Source: an uncultured Oscillospiraceae bacterium
GTDB lineage: Bacteria; Bacillota; Clostridia; Oscillospirales; Acutalibacteraceae
Length of the DNA: 64,000 bases
Assembly: GCA_900554335.1 (NCBI GenBank)
Contig: USGT01000007.1
Span: 15,235-79,234 of the forward strand
Direction: 5' to 3'
Made by a program: the position numbers and the translations under genes. Shown in pieces: positions 17,538 to 27,761 of this stretch. The notes beneath the pieces are model-generated. The model was not told the DNA's origin. It did not search any database and saw nothing but the letters and a program-made list of their open reading frames with translations. Numbering within the stretch: position 1 is the first letter of the stretch; each line of letters opens with the position of its first letter.

Positions 17538-19956
17538 AAAAATTAAAATAAAAAACTTCGGAAAATTCAAAGATAAAAGCCTAGATTTTTCCCCAGGGGT
17601 TCAGGTTGTTTACGGGCCGAATGAAGCCGGGAAATCAACTTTGATGGAACTGATAAAACTGATGCTTTACAGCCGCAGAAAAGGCACTTCAACAAGCAGC
17701 GAAGACAAAATTTTAAGAAGCAAATTCTTGCCTTGGGATAAATCCTCGATGTGCGCGATGATGGAATTTAGCCATGAAGGAAACGACTATTTTCTTCAAA
17801 AAGAAATCCACGAATCTTCGGTTTTGAAAGATGTTACCGTGCTTCAAAATCTCTCTTCGGGGCAAAACGTTAACCTTGGCAAGCGCCAAGAAGTGGGGGA
17901 ATATCTTTTTTCGCTTGATCTGGCCAGTTTTGAAAGAGGCAGCTTCATAGAAGACCTTGGCAAAGCAGGGTTTGAAAACATTAAAACTTCCGATGATAGT
18001 ATTCTTAACAAAATGCTCAATCTTTCGCAAACGGGCGAAACAGAGGTCTGCGCGGTTAAAGTTATGGCTCGCCTGGACGACGCCATAAAAGAAATGGAAA
18101 GAGCACGTGGCAAATCCGGGAAAATTCCTTCGCTTAAAACCGAAATTGCTGGCATTAAAAGCGAGATTAAAACTTTGAAAGATGAAGAAAAAGAAAATTT
18201 CGAGCTTTTGGAAAAATCAGCTGAGATTAAAAAATTAATGGCCGAGAAAAAAGAAATCGAAAATAAATTGGAAGCAGCCGAGAACCTAAGAAAAATTGCC
18301 GACGTAGAAAATCTCGTGAAAAAAATGAAAGCATCAGAAGGAAAGATTAAAAACCTTAAAACTCTTGAAGAAAAAATTAATGAGCTCAAGGATTTAAGCA
18401 CGGATTTAAACCTTTGCATGCTTAGCGTGAAAAGGCAAAAAGATGTTACCGAAAAGCTTGCTTGCACTGAAATTTCGGAAGAAGAAACCGAGAGGATAAG
18501 CAAATTTCTTAAAAATGAAGAGATTTTAAAAGACAATTTAAGCGAAGTGAGAAACGCTTTTAACTTCAAAAATTCAAGCGATTTAAAGGCTTTTGAAAAT
18601 AATCAAAAAATTTTGGATTTGGCTGCAAAATACGAAAAAAATCTTGAAGATGCAAAATCTTGCCAGAATATTTTTGAAGCTAAAGACGAAACTGACGCAA
18701 AAGAATTAAATTCATATAATAAAGAAAAAGTGATTTTTGCCGCGCTTTGCGTGATTTTTGCCGCTTCGCTGTTTTTTGCCCCGATGCCTGTTTACCTAAT
18801 CGCTTTAGCGCTTACCGCAATCGAAGCTTTCAGAATTTTTAAAATTAAATCTAAAATTGAAAGCAAAAAGAGAGCCCAAAATAGCGCCAAAGAAAGCATT
18901 TTTAAAGCTGAAAATGAGGCAGAAAATTTAAAAAATGAAATTTTAGAGCTCATAAAATCCGAAGAAGAAAATTTGCAAAAAAAGCTTCAGATTCAAAAGC
19001 AAATGATAAATAATTTCTTAGCAAGCAAAAAAGCAAATTCAGTCAAAGAATTTTATGAAAATTACGCTAAATTTCAAAACCTTTCGCAAAATAAATTTAT
19101 GCTTAAGAATTTAGAAGTTAAATTTGAAAATTTGAAAAAAAGATTCTTGGAAGCCGCTAAAGCGAAAGATTTAAACTCAGCAAACGAAAACTTGGCCAGG
19201 CTTTGCGCTCAAAAAGAAGAAATAACCAAGCAAAAAAACGAAATCCTAGCCACGGCAAGTGCGCTCAGAGTGAATGGCCTTAGCCTCAAAGAACTTGAAG
19301 AAAAACTCGAAAATTTGAAACTTAAATCAGTGGATTTTTCTGAAGAAAACACCGAAACTTTGGCCAAAAGACTAGAAGTTCTTAAATCGCTTGAACTTGA
19401 AAACGCATATATTGAAGCAATGAAAAAAATAAAAATTCCTGAAAAAACACTAGGCGATTTAACCGCTGAGCTTGAAACAAAAAAAGAAGACTTAACTTCT
19501 GCAAGCAGCTATTTCGAAAGCCTTAAACTCGCGAAAAAATGCATCGAAAAAGCCTCGATTGAAATAAGGAAAAATTTCAACCCGAAATTAAACAAGGAAG
19601 CTTCTAAGATTTTTAGCAACCTAACCGGCGGAAAATATGAAAATATTTATATCGGCAATAATTACGGAATTTTGGCTGAATATCAACTAATGCAACGAAA
19701 CCTTGAAAACCTCAGCAGTGGCACGATTGACCAGGCTTATCTTTCTTTGAGAATTGCAATTTCAAAACTAATTTGCAAAAATCAAGTTCCGCTCATTTTA
19801 GACGATACTTTAGTTCGATATGATCTTAAAAGAATGGAAAATGCACTTGAGTTTTTCAAAAATAATGAAGAAATTTCTCAAACAATAATTTTCACATGCC
19901 ATGATTACATAGTTAAAGCTGCTCAGAGCCAAGGAATAACAACAATAAAAATTTAA
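17527..19956 (+). CDS. AAA ATPase, SbcC/YhaN-like (long coiled coil)
   Basis: N-terminal Walker A GPNEAGKST, a long Lys/Glu coiled-coil, and C-terminal signature and Walker B motifs. Overlaps the upstream gene. Confidence 0.8.
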   Translation: MIIKKIKIKNFGKFKDKSLDFSPGVQVVYGPNEAGKSTLMELIKLMLYSRRKGTSTSSEDKILRSKFLPWDKSSMCAMMEFSHEGNDYFLQKEIHESSVLKDVTVLQNLSSGQNVNLGKRQEVGEYLFSLDLASFERGSFIEDLGKAGFENIKTSDDSILNKMLNLSQTGETEVCAVKVMARLDDAIKEMERARGKSGKIPSLKTEIAGIKSEIKTLKDEEKENFELLEKSAEIKKLMAEKKEIENKLEAAENLRKIADVENLVKKMKASEGKIKNLKTLEEKINELKDLSTDLNLCMLSVKRQKDVTEKLACTEISEEETERISKFLKNEEILKDNLSEVRNAFNFKNSSDLKAFENNQKILDLAAKYEKNLEDAKSCQNIFEAKDETDAKELNSYNKEKVIFAALCVIFAASLFFAPMPVYLIALALTAIEAFRIFKIKSKIESKKRAQNSAKESIFKAENEAENLKNEILELIKSEEENLQKKLQIQKQMINNFLASKKANSVKEFYENYAKFQNLSQNKFMLKNLEVKFENLKKRFLEAAKAKDLNSANENLARLCAQKEEITKQKNEILATASALRVNGLSLKELEEKLENLKLKSVDFSEENTETLAKRLEVLKSLELENAYIEAMKKIKIPEKTLGDLTAELETKKEDLTSASSYFESLKLAKKCIEKASIEIRKNFNPKLNKEASKIFSNLTGGKYENIYIGNNYGILAEYQLMQRNLENLSSGTIDQAYLSLRIAISKLICKNQVPLILDDTLVRYDLKRMENALEFFKNNEEISQTIIFTCHDYIVKAAQSQGITTIKI

Positions 19957-19959
19957 ACC

Positions 19960-19992
19960 ATCAGGATTTATTTCCAGATGGTTTTTGTTATA
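19960..19992 (+). terminator. rho-independent terminator
   Basis: Hairpin AACCATCAGGatttatttCCAGATGGTT followed by TTTTGTT. Confidence 0.6.
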
Positions 19993-20035
19993 TATTATAA
20001 TTTTAGTGAAAAAATTAAAAAACTTGTATAAATAC

Positions 20036-20105
20036 TTGACAAAATATTTTCAATAACTATAATAAGTTGTGTATTGTAAATTGTGCACACAGTACAATTT
20101 AATTT
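20036..20105 (+). promoter_or_regulatory. consensus sigma-A promoter (TTGACA-16-TATAAT) plus downstream palindrome ATTGTAaatTGTGCACAcagTACAAT
   Basis: Exact -35 and -10 hexamers with a 16-nt spacer. An inverted repeat with a palindromic TGTGCACA core lies immediately downstream. Confidence 0.55.
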
Positions 20106-20142
20106 AAATTTATCAATTATTTTTATTTAAGGAGGAATTACT

Positions 20143-21033
20143 ATGGACAAAGCCAGCTTTTTAGCAGTGTTAAAGGATAGTGTTAATAAGACATATAAGG
20201 AGGAATTAAAAGAAAAGAATATAGCTTTTAAAAAATATAGGGAATTAAAAGATATTTTAAAAAAATCGAAAAATAAGGATGATAAATATACAGCAAGTTT
20301 TCATAATTCCGAGGTAAGAAAAAGTTTTTTAGAATTGTTGGATAACATGTATGTTGCTTCAACGGCAGAACGCGACGCAGTATGTGAGGCCAAAAACCAA
20401 CTAGTGTACGGTCTTGATATTGCGGAAAAAGGTAAAGTCGAAGACTATACAAAAAATCTTATTAGTGGTGTGGTAGAAAGTGTTCCATATGCGAAAATAG
20501 TTACGGGTACAATTAGTAGTGTAGTTGGCACTGAAAAATTAGACAATTTAACTTCGTCTGCAGCTAAAACTTTAACTAGAACAGTGGTAAACTCAGTAGA
20601 TAAAGTTATAACATATTTTCGTGGTACTAGTTACAAGAATAATGTACAGGACCCTTTAGAAGAATTTGTGAATAAGAATATATGGGAAAAGAAAAAAAAT
20701 ACAGATATAAAAGATAATAGGAGTCGTGAGATTTTTAATAATTGGTTAATGAATGAATGTAAAAAATTGCAAGATAAAACAAAGCAGTATATTACGTATA
20801 GAAATAAGCTTCTGGAAGAGGCCGGAATAAAACCTTCTATTGAATGTTCTGTTTTTTTAAGGGTGTTATATAGTATTGCCGGAATAAAAGTAGCTAACTC
20901 GGAATCAGGTCAGGGCCCGGGTGGATTACTATATAAATTAACTCTTAACACTTGCCTTGATGAGCCAAAAAATCCTAAATTGTCGAAAGGATATGAAAAT
21001 TTAAATATTCTTGAAGATTATGTAGCAAAATAA
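20143..21033 (+). CDS. hypothetical protein (orphan, no signal peptide)
   Basis: AGGAGG RBS. 296 aa. Flanked by terminators on both sides. Confidence 0.6.
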   Translation: MDKASFLAVLKDSVNKTYKEELKEKNIAFKKYRELKDILKKSKNKDDKYTASFHNSEVRKSFLELLDNMYVASTAERDAVCEAKNQLVYGLDIAEKGKVEDYTKNLISGVVESVPYAKIVTGTISSVVGTEKLDNLTSSAAKTLTRTVVNSVDKVITYFRGTSYKNNVQDPLEEFVNKNIWEKKKNTDIKDNRSREIFNNWLMNECKKLQDKTKQYITYRNKLLEEAGIKPSIECSVFLRVLYSIAGIKVANSESGQGPGGLLYKLTLNTCLDEPKNPKLSKGYENLNILEDYVAK

Positions 21034-21063
21034 CAAGTTTTTATGTTAGCCTATAATTTTTAA

Positions 21064-21091
21064 AAAATCACCCATATTGAAGTGGGTGATT
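21064..21091. terminator. bidirectional terminator
   Basis: Hairpin AATCACCCATattgaaGTGGGTGATT between convergent genes. Confidence 0.65.
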
Positions 21092-21095
21092 TCTT

Positions 21096-22286
21096 TTATA
21101 TTTTAACTCTATCAAGCGTTGTGTTCGCAGTAGTGTAAACTACAGAATCCGAACCAAGAGCAATGGCTTCAAAGTTTTGGCTTGTTTTAGCCGAGCCTTC
21201 AGGGTGGCCTTCGAGGTTATAAATCAAAATTTTGCCGTTTGAAAGCCCAGCAATTCTATTTTTGCAATGCGAGATTTTTTTAAGGCTTGCATTTGTTTGA
21301 ATAGGGTTGCCTGTTTTGCCAAAATTATCAAGCAAAATGAGTTTATCGTCGTTTTTCTTGCCAAAAGATTCCGAAAAACAGAAAACCGCGCCGTATTCTT
21401 TTGTAAAGCTATAGGATTTAAAATATCCAAGATTGCTGAAATCAAATTTTTGAATATGCTTAGTTTTTTGGTTTATAACCGCGGCGTATTTATCTCCAAT
21501 TGCTAAAATATTGCTATTTTGGAAGTAATGAACGTGCATAACGGTGTTTTCATCCAAAGAAAAAACATTTTCTGGCTTTTCAGACTTAAAATCAAGCGCG
21601 TAAATTACCGAGTTTATTTTACCATTTGAAAAAGAAATCCCTGAAACTAGGCATTTATTTTCAGTTGGATGGACCGAAACGTCGCTGGCATGGCATTCTG
21701 AAAAGCAATATTTATATTTTTCGGTGTTTTCGTGGTTATATATTTTCACTTCCGAAAGATAACCGTGAGATTCGGTCAAAGTGGCGTAATTTCCGCTTTC
21801 AGCAATATCGCAGGAAATTATATTTTCATTGCTTCGTGATTTAAAAAGAGTTTTTGCAACCGATTGAACCTGAAAATTCTTGCCGCCAACATCATAAAGA
21901 ATGGCTCTGATTCCGCCGGTTTTAAACTTTGGCGTGGCTAAATTATGCTTTTCGGTTCGAAGCAATTTGCCAAAACCGTTAAACACGTTAAAAGATGTGC
22001 CGCTTAAAACCACGGGATCTCCGCCGAGGATCTTAACGTTATCATTAACGACTTCAGTTTGGCCCTCAATTTCAGCCGGGAAACTATATTCAAAAGAAAC
22101 AGATTTAAATTTTCCTTCGAGGTAAAGAATTATATTTTCGGGGTAAAATTTTGCTCTGTTTGCGAAGAAAAATAAAAACAAAAAGCAGAAAAGAAGCATA
22201 AGTGCTATGTTTTTTAAGTCTGAAACCAGTTTGGGTTCTTTTTTTATAAACTGCCGAATTTTTAAAATTATTTCTTTTATTTTCAT
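21096..22286 (-). CDS. membrane-anchored hypothetical protein
   Basis: N-terminal TM helix then a ~350-aa extracytoplasmic domain. Immediately downstream of truA. Confidence 0.55.
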   Translation of the reverse strand: MKIKEIILKIRQFIKKEPKLVSDLKNIALMLLFCFLFLFFFANRAKFYPENIILYLEGKFKSVSFEYSFPAEIEGQTEVVNDNVKILGGDPVVLSGTSFNVFNGFGKLLRTEKHNLATPKFKTGGIRAILYDVGGKNFQVQSVAKTLFKSRSNENIISCDIAESGNYATLTESHGYLSEVKIYNHENTEKYKYCFSECHASDVSVHPTENKCLVSGISFSNGKINSVIYALDFKSEKPENVFSLDENTVMHVHYFQNSNILAIGDKYAAVINQKTKHIQKFDFSNLGYFKSYSFTKEYGAVFCFSESFGKKNDDKLILLDNFGKTGNPIQTNASLKKISHCKNRIAGLSNGKILIYNLEGHPEGSAKTSQNFEAIALGSDSVVYTTANTTLDRVKI

Positions 22287-22299
22287 ATTCTCACGCTCT

Positions 22300-23040
22300 T
22301 TAAAATTTTATATTTTTGTAAAAAACTTTGTTTAAGTAAAGCCCTTGCGGGGGAGCTGTGGGTCCTGCGAATTTCCTGTTTTTTGCTTCTATTATCTTCG
22401 GTATTTCTTCGGGTTTTATCTTGCCTTGAGCCACTCTTAAAAGCGTCCCGACGATTATTCTCACCATGTTGTAAAGAAATCCGTCAGCGCTAATTTTAAC
22501 TTCCACTAAGTCTTTATTTTTGTTTATTTCAAGGTTTTGAACCGTTCGCACCATGTTTATCCGGTCTCTTTGGTCAAGCGTTGCGAAAGAAGTGAAATCA
22601 TGCGCGCCTAGAAAATATTTAGCTGCTTTTCTTAAGAGCTCTATATCTAAATTATACCAGTAATGAAGAGCATATTTGCCCATGAAAGGGTTTTTAATTC
22701 TGTTATTCCAGATTTTATATATGTATTCTTTGCCAAGGCAGTCGTACCTGGCGTTAAAGTCAAGAGGCACTTCGCAAGCTCCATTAACGGCTATTGTTTC
22801 GGGCAGGAAACGGTTCATAGCCAGGATTATATTTTCGGGTTTAATCAAATTAGACGTTTGAAAATTAACGCAATACATATTCGCATGAACGAAAGAATCC
22901 GTCCTGCTGCAGCCTTTAATGTCAACTTTTTCTTTCAAAACTTTTTCAAGCGCACTTTGAAAAACCTCTTGCACTGTGATGGCGTTTTTTTGAACTTGCC
23001 AGCCATGGTAGGGGCTTCCGTCGTAAGATATGCTAAGCAT
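22300..23040 (-). CDS. truA: tRNA pseudouridine(38-40) synthase TruA
   Basis: The sequence LSISYDGSPYHGWQ…RTDSFVHA fits TruA. ATG at 23040 overlaps the ecfT stop (TAATG). Confidence 0.9.
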   Translation of the reverse strand: MLSISYDGSPYHGWQVQKNAITVQEVFQSALEKVLKEKVDIKGCSRTDSFVHANMYCVNFQTSNLIKPENIILAMNRFLPETIAVNGACEVPLDFNARYDCLGKEYIYKIWNNRIKNPFMGKYALHYWYNLDIELLRKAAKYFLGAHDFTSFATLDQRDRINMVRTVQNLEINKNKDLVEVKISADGFLYNMVRIIVGTLLRVAQGKIKPEEIPKIIEAKNRKFAGPTAPPQGLYLNKVFYKNIKF

Positions 23041-23846
23041 TAAATTCCTAAAATTGTTTTGCATAAAATAACTCCTAAAATAAATAAACCCAAAATCAAA
23101 AATGCGATGTAATCTTCTTTTTTGAACTTCGAAGTTTTAAATTTTGTGCGGGGTCTTTGGCTATCATAGCAGCGAGATTCAAGCGCCGTGGCTAAATCAT
23201 CGGCTCTGTTTACCGAAGAAACCAAAAGCGGGATTAAAACCGAAAAAAGCGTTTTTATTGTTTTTAAAATGTTTTTGTTTTTAAAGGTTGCTCCTCGCGA
23301 TTTTTGCGCGTTTAGTATTTTGCTTGCCTGCTCGAAAACCGTTGGAACGAACCGAAGAGTGATAGTTATGGTTAAGGCTATATCTCTTGAACTAAGCCCG
23401 ATTAAATTAAGCGGCTTTAAAATTTTTTCAATTGCGAAAGAAATTTCGCTTGGCGAAGTCGTGAACATTAATGCTGAAGCTGTGAAAACTAGCGACATTA
23501 ACCTAAAAAACACCATAGCGCTATTTTCGACACATTTTTGCGAAATGAAAAATTGCCCTTTCGTTATCAAATTTGAGTGAATTTCAAAAATTATGCCCAT
23601 CAAAGTTGTTAGCAAAGAAAAGAGCAAAAGTGGCAGATTTGACTTTAAAAATTTTGAGATTTTTACGCCCGAAAGTTTGATTCCAACCGAGCAAATTAAA
23701 AACACAAAAGCCAAAAGGAAAACATTTTTTATGCAAAAAGCAAGCGTTGTTACAGCAATTGAGATTAAAATTTTCGAGCGAGTGTCAAGCCTATGAAGAA
23801 TGGAATCCCCGGGAATGTATTTTCCGATCGTTATTTTTTTAATCAC
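23040..23846 (-). CDS. ecfT: ECF transporter transmembrane (T) component
   Basis: N-terminus IGKYIPGDSILHRLDTRSK and multi-TM profile. Operon ecfA1-ecfA2-ecfT. Confidence 0.9.
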   Translation of the reverse strand: MIKKITIGKYIPGDSILHRLDTRSKILISIAVTTLAFCIKNVFLLAFVFLICSVGIKLSGVKISKFLKSNLPLLLFSLLTTLMGIIFEIHSNLITKGQFFISQKCVENSAMVFFRLMSLVFTASALMFTTSPSEISFAIEKILKPLNLIGLSSRDIALTITITLRFVPTVFEQASKILNAQKSRGATFKNKNILKTIKTLFSVLIPLLVSSVNRADDLATALESRCYDSQRPRTKFKTSKFKKEDYIAFLILGLFILGVILCKTILGI

Positions 23847-24685
23847 TTCATCACCGCCGAAGACTTCAAAAGTCTTAAAATCTCATTTTTTGCTTCGCTC
23901 ATTGTCAGAATATTTTCTCTCACGTTATATCCCGCGTTTTTCACGGCTTTCATTATATTAAAAACTTCAGGGGTGAAATCTTTAATATTTTCAAAATTTT
24001 CAAAAAAGCCTTTTTTAGCGCCGTAGTAAGCCGTTTTGCCGTCTTTGAGCATAAGGATTTTATCTGAAATTTCAATCACTTCTTCCATCACGTGAGAAAT
24101 GAATATAACGCTTCGGCCGCTTTTTTTGCAGTAAGTTTTAATCGAATCAAAAAGGGCTTTTTTGCTTTTAAAATCAAGCCCTGCGGTTGGCTCATCGAGG
24201 ATTAAAACCTCAGGATTCATGGCGCAAACGCCCGCAATAGCACACTTTCTTTTTTCGCCGCCCGAAAGATTAAACGGCGGGCTTTTCAAAATTTCTTCTT
24301 TAATTCCAAAAGCCAAAGCCATTTCTTCAACGATTTTCTCGGTTTCTTTTTCGTCAAGGCCTTTGTTTCTCGGGGCAAAAGCGATGTCGTTAAAAACCGT
24401 GTCTTCAAAAAGCTGATATTCCGGGTACTGAAAAACAATGCCAATTTTAAAATTCATTTCGCTTGCATTTTCAAAAATGTCTTTGCCACCGAGCAAAACC
24501 GTCCCACTAAGAGGCTTTAAAATTCCTGCTAAAACGCTAACTAAAGTAGATTTACCCGAGCCAGTTTTGCCGATAATTCCCAAAATTTCGCCGCTGCCAA
24601 GTTCAAAGCTGACGTCTTTTACGGCGGTTATTTTCTTGCCATTTGCGAGAGTGTATGCGTAAGAAAGATTTTTAGCAGCAATCAT
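23843..24685 (-). CDS. ecfA2: ECF transporter ATPase EcfA2
   Basis: ABC ATPase with Walker A GKTGSGKSTL, signature LSGGEKRK and Walker B ILDEPT. The manual start at MIAAKNL gives an ATGA overlap with ecfA1. Confidence 0.9.
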   Translation of the reverse strand: MIAAKNLSYAYTLANGKKITAVKDVSFELGSGEILGIIGKTGSGKSTLVSVLAGILKPLSGTVLLGGKDIFENASEMNFKIGIVFQYPEYQLFEDTVFNDIAFAPRNKGLDEKETEKIVEEMALAFGIKEEILKSPPFNLSGGEKRKCAIAGVCAMNPEVLILDEPTAGLDFKSKKALFDSIKTYCKKSGRSVIFISHVMEEVIEISDKILMLKDGKTAYYGAKKGFFENFENIKDFTPEVFNIMKAVKNAGYNVRENILTMSEAKNEILRLLKSSAVMK

Positions 24686-25518
24686 TTTTTCACCCCGGAA
24701 CTTAAAATTTTTATTATTTCGTTTGCGCACTGCTTTTCGCTAAAAGCTTTTAAAGAAACATCAAAACCGAGATTTTTCAAAAAAAACAAGATTTCAGCCG
24801 ACTGAGTGGGGGAGATAAACTCCGTGCAAGACTCGCTTGAAAAAATTTCTTCAGACTTTGAAATTTTTGTGATTTCGCCATTTTCGATTAAAATTGTTTT
24901 ATCTGAAAGAAGCGCCTCGCTCATGAAATGAGTGATCAAAACCACGGTTATTCCTTCGTTTTCATTAAGGTTTCTTATCAATCTAAGAATAGCTTTTCTG
25001 CCCTCAGGGTCAAGCATCGAAGTTGGCTCGTCGAAAACTATCATTTCAGGCATCATCGCATAAACGCTGGCTATGTTAAGCCTTTGCTTCTGCCCGCCGG
25101 AAAGAATGTGCGTAAGCTTCTTTTCAAAGCCGCTAAGGCCAACCGCTTCCAGTGCACTACTTATTTTTTCTTTCATTTCGCATGCAGGAACACACAAATT
25201 CTCAAGCCCGAAGGCAATTTCTTCTTCGGCAGTGCTCGCGATGATTTGATTGTCAGGATTCTGAAAAACCATTCCAACCTTTCTTCTTATTTCAAAGAGT
25301 TTTTCCTCGTTTTTAGTGTTCTCACCACTTACGATAACGTCGCCGCAGCTTGGAATTAAAATGCCGTTCAAATGCTTCGCGAGAGTTGACTTACCCGAGC
25401 CATTCGGCCCAACAACCGAAATAAAATCGCCTTTGTTTATTTCAAGATTTATGTTTTTGAGTATCTTCCTGCCGTTTGACTCATAGCTAACGTTTTTAAG
25501 CTCGGTGAATTTACTCAA
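24682..25518 (-). CDS. ecfA1: ECF transporter ATPase EcfA1
   Basis: ABC ATPase with Walker A GPNGSGKSTL, signature LSGGQKQRL and Walker B VFDEPT. TTG start. Confidence 0.9.
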   Translation of the reverse strand: MSKFTELKNVSYESNGRKILKNINLEINKGDFISVVGPNGSGKSTLAKHLNGILIPSCGDVIVSGENTKNEEKLFEIRRKVGMVFQNPDNQIIASTAEEEIAFGLENLCVPACEMKEKISSALEAVGLSGFEKKLTHILSGGQKQRLNIASVYAMMPEMIVFDEPTSMLDPEGRKAILRLIRNLNENEGITVVLITHFMSEALLSDKTILIENGEITKISKSEEIFSSESCTEFISPTQSAEILFFLKNLGFDVSLKAFSEKQCANEIIKILSSGVKK

Positions 25519-26395
25519 AGGCCTCAGCTCTTTCCAAATTTTCGCTCATCCAGATGCAAGTGTTGCCCGCCGGAAGCATAAGCCTACTCGAAGAAACTTT
25601 CAGCCCAATTTCATCAGCCAAAACGCTGCCTTTGTGAGTCTTGTTTATAATCGAAGACATTAAATAAGAAATAGCCCCCGCGCAAATTCCGGTTGAATAA
25701 GAGTTAATCATCATGAATTTAGCTTCGTCAGAAAGAAGCTTGGCGCAAAGAGAAACGAAATCATAAAGTTTTTCTTCTAGTTTCCAAATTTCGCCTTTCG
25801 GGCCTCTTCCGTAAGAAGGAGGATCCATAATTATTCCGTCATATTTATTTCCTCGGCGAATTTCACGCATAACGAACTTCTCGCAGTCGTCCACTATCCA
25901 TCTGATAGATGCATTTTCAAGCCCGGAATCTTTGGCGTTGCTCCTTGCCCACGAAACCATACCTTTAGAAGCGTCCACGTGGCAAACTTTAGCGCCGGCA
26001 TTTGCGCAAACGAGCGAAGCGCAGCCAGTGTAACCAAAAAGATTAAGAATTTTAAGGGGTTTGCCGTTTATCACTTTTTTGAAAAATTCCCAGTTAACCG
26101 CCTGCTCGGGGAAGACGCCCGTGTGCTTAAAATTCATGAGTTTAACGTTGAAATTAAGCTCACCGTATTTAATATTCCAGCTTTCTTCCTTGAGGTTTTT
26201 TATTTTCCAGTGGCCGCCGCCCGTGTTTGAGCGGTGGTAAATTGCGTTTGCTTGGTTCCAACGAGGGTCTTTTTTCTCGGTGTTCCAAATTATTTGAGGG
26301 TCCGGGCGGATTAAAATTTTGTCGTTCCATCGTTCGAGCCTTTCGCCGTTTGAAGCGTCAAGAAGCTCGTAATCTTTAAAGGTTGTAAATCTCAT
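25511..26395 (-). CDS. class I SAM-dependent RNA methyltransferase (RlmI/YwbD-like)
   Basis: SAM-binding motif LNLFGYTGCASL, the acidic motif IIMDPPSYG, and the N-terminal PUA-like region. Confidence 0.75.
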   Translation of the reverse strand: MRFTTFKDYELLDASNGERLERWNDKILIRPDPQIIWNTEKKDPRWNQANAIYHRSNTGGGHWKIKNLKEESWNIKYGELNFNVKLMNFKHTGVFPEQAVNWEFFKKVINGKPLKILNLFGYTGCASLVCANAGAKVCHVDASKGMVSWARSNAKDSGLENASIRWIVDDCEKFVMREIRRGNKYDGIIMDPPSYGRGPKGEIWKLEEKLYDFVSLCAKLLSDEAKFMMINSYSTGICAGAISYLMSSIINKTHKGSVLADEIGLKVSSSRLMLPAGNTCIWMSENLERAEAFE

Positions 26396-26412
26396 TTTAT
26401 CTTTTGCCTTTC

Positions 26413-27753
26413 TTATTTTTCCATCATTTTACTGATGGTTTCAGCCAATTTTTTCGTTATTTCTTCGGCTGCTTCTTCGCTTTCGTGCTCGGTCATAACT
26501 CTAATTTTCGGTTCTGTGCCCGATTCTCTTACTACTATTCTGCCTTTTTGGCCGATTTCTTTTTTAACTTCTTCCAGATAAGCTTTTATTTCTTCGTTTT
26601 TAGCGAACATGCCTTTTTGATTAAAATTAATCTTAACTGCGGAAGATTTTTGAGGGTATTTTTTCACGATTTTTCTGAGCTCCGAGGCTTTTTTGCCTGA
26701 AGAAAGCAAAATTTCGATTAATTTAAGAGCCGTCAGCTGGCCATCTCCGGTGGTTGAATTTTCAAGAAATATAATATGGCCGGATTGCTCGCCGCCAAGG
26801 CTGTAGCCTTTTTGATTCATTCTTTCAAGAACGCATCTGTCGCCGACGTTTGTTTCTTCGAAGCTTATTTCGTTTTCAGCGCAGAACTTTTTAAGCCCCA
26901 TGTTAGACATTATCGTGCCGACTAGAGCGTTTCCTTTCAAAGTGCCGTTTTTCTCCATGTGATCGGCGCAAATTCCAAGAATAAAATCGCCGTCAATCAC
27001 GTTCCCACACTCATCAACCGCAAGGCATCTGTCGGCATCGCCATCAAAAGCAAAGGCAATGTCATAGCTTTTTTCTTTCACTTTTTCTGCCAAATTTTCA
27101 ATGTGAGTTGAGCCACAATTTTCATTGATGTTTATTCCGTCAGGGGAGTGGAAAATAAAATCAGCTTTGATTCCAAGCTCGCCGAAAATTTTTTCTGCAG
27201 TGAGTGAAGAAGAACCGTTCGAGCAGTCCACAAGCACTTTTATTTCCTTTTTTTCAGGCAGCTTTACAGCGCTTTCTAAGTATTTTGCGTATTTTTCGGT
27301 TGCATTTTCGCACTTTTCAATTTTACCGATGTTCTCCGCTTCCGGGAGCAAATCATCAATGTTTTTAGAGATTAAATCCTCGATTTTTTCTTCCATTTCA
27401 TCAGGAAGCTTATAGCCCTTATTCCCGAAAATTTTAATTCCGTTGAATTCAAAAGAATTGTGAGAAGCCGAAATCATTATTCCTGCGTCAGCTTTTTCTT
27501 CTAAAGTAAGGTAAGCCACCGCCGGAGTTGGAACAACGCCCAAAGAAACGGCATTTGCGCCCATCGAGCTGATTCCTGCCAAAAGCGCAGCTTCCAGCAT
27601 GTTTGATGAAATTCTAGGGTCCTTTCCAACCAAAATCTTCGAGCCTTTGCCCAAAGTGTAGGCCACTGCCATGCCAACTTTCAGCGCAAGAGAGCATGTT
27701 AGCTCTTTGTTTGCGACGCCTCTTATTCCATCTGTGCCAAAAAATTTACCCAT
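26413..27753 (-). CDS. glmM: phosphoglucosamine mutase
   Basis: N-terminus MGKFFGTDGIRG and the active-site Ser motif SASHNSFEFNGIK. Confidence 0.95.
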   Translation of the reverse strand: MGKFFGTDGIRGVANKELTCSLALKVGMAVAYTLGKGSKILVGKDPRISSNMLEAALLAGISSMGANAVSLGVVPTPAVAYLTLEEKADAGIMISASHNSFEFNGIKIFGNKGYKLPDEMEEKIEDLISKNIDDLLPEAENIGKIEKCENATEKYAKYLESAVKLPEKKEIKVLVDCSNGSSSLTAEKIFGELGIKADFIFHSPDGININENCGSTHIENLAEKVKEKSYDIAFAFDGDADRCLAVDECGNVIDGDFILGICADHMEKNGTLKGNALVGTIMSNMGLKKFCAENEISFEETNVGDRCVLERMNQKGYSLGGEQSGHIIFLENSTTGDGQLTALKLIEILLSSGKKASELRKIVKKYPQKSSAVKINFNQKGMFAKNEEIKAYLEEVKKEIGQKGRIVVRESGTEPKIRVMTEHESEEAAEEITKKLAETISKMMEK

Positions 27754-27761
27754 TTAAAAAA

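Noticed and set aside
17844-18569. 241-aa minus-strand ORF (Ser/Phe/Leu-rich)
   Set aside because: Antisense to the Lys/Glu-rich coiled-coil of the SbcC/YhaN-like gene. Its low-complexity composition mirrors the sense strand. Spurious.
24928-25359. 143-aa plus-strand ORF inside ecfA1
   Set aside because: Antisense to a well-supported ABC ATPase gene.
26404-26700. 98-aa plus-strand ORF (Phe-rich)
   Set aside because: Antisense to the 3' end of glmM.
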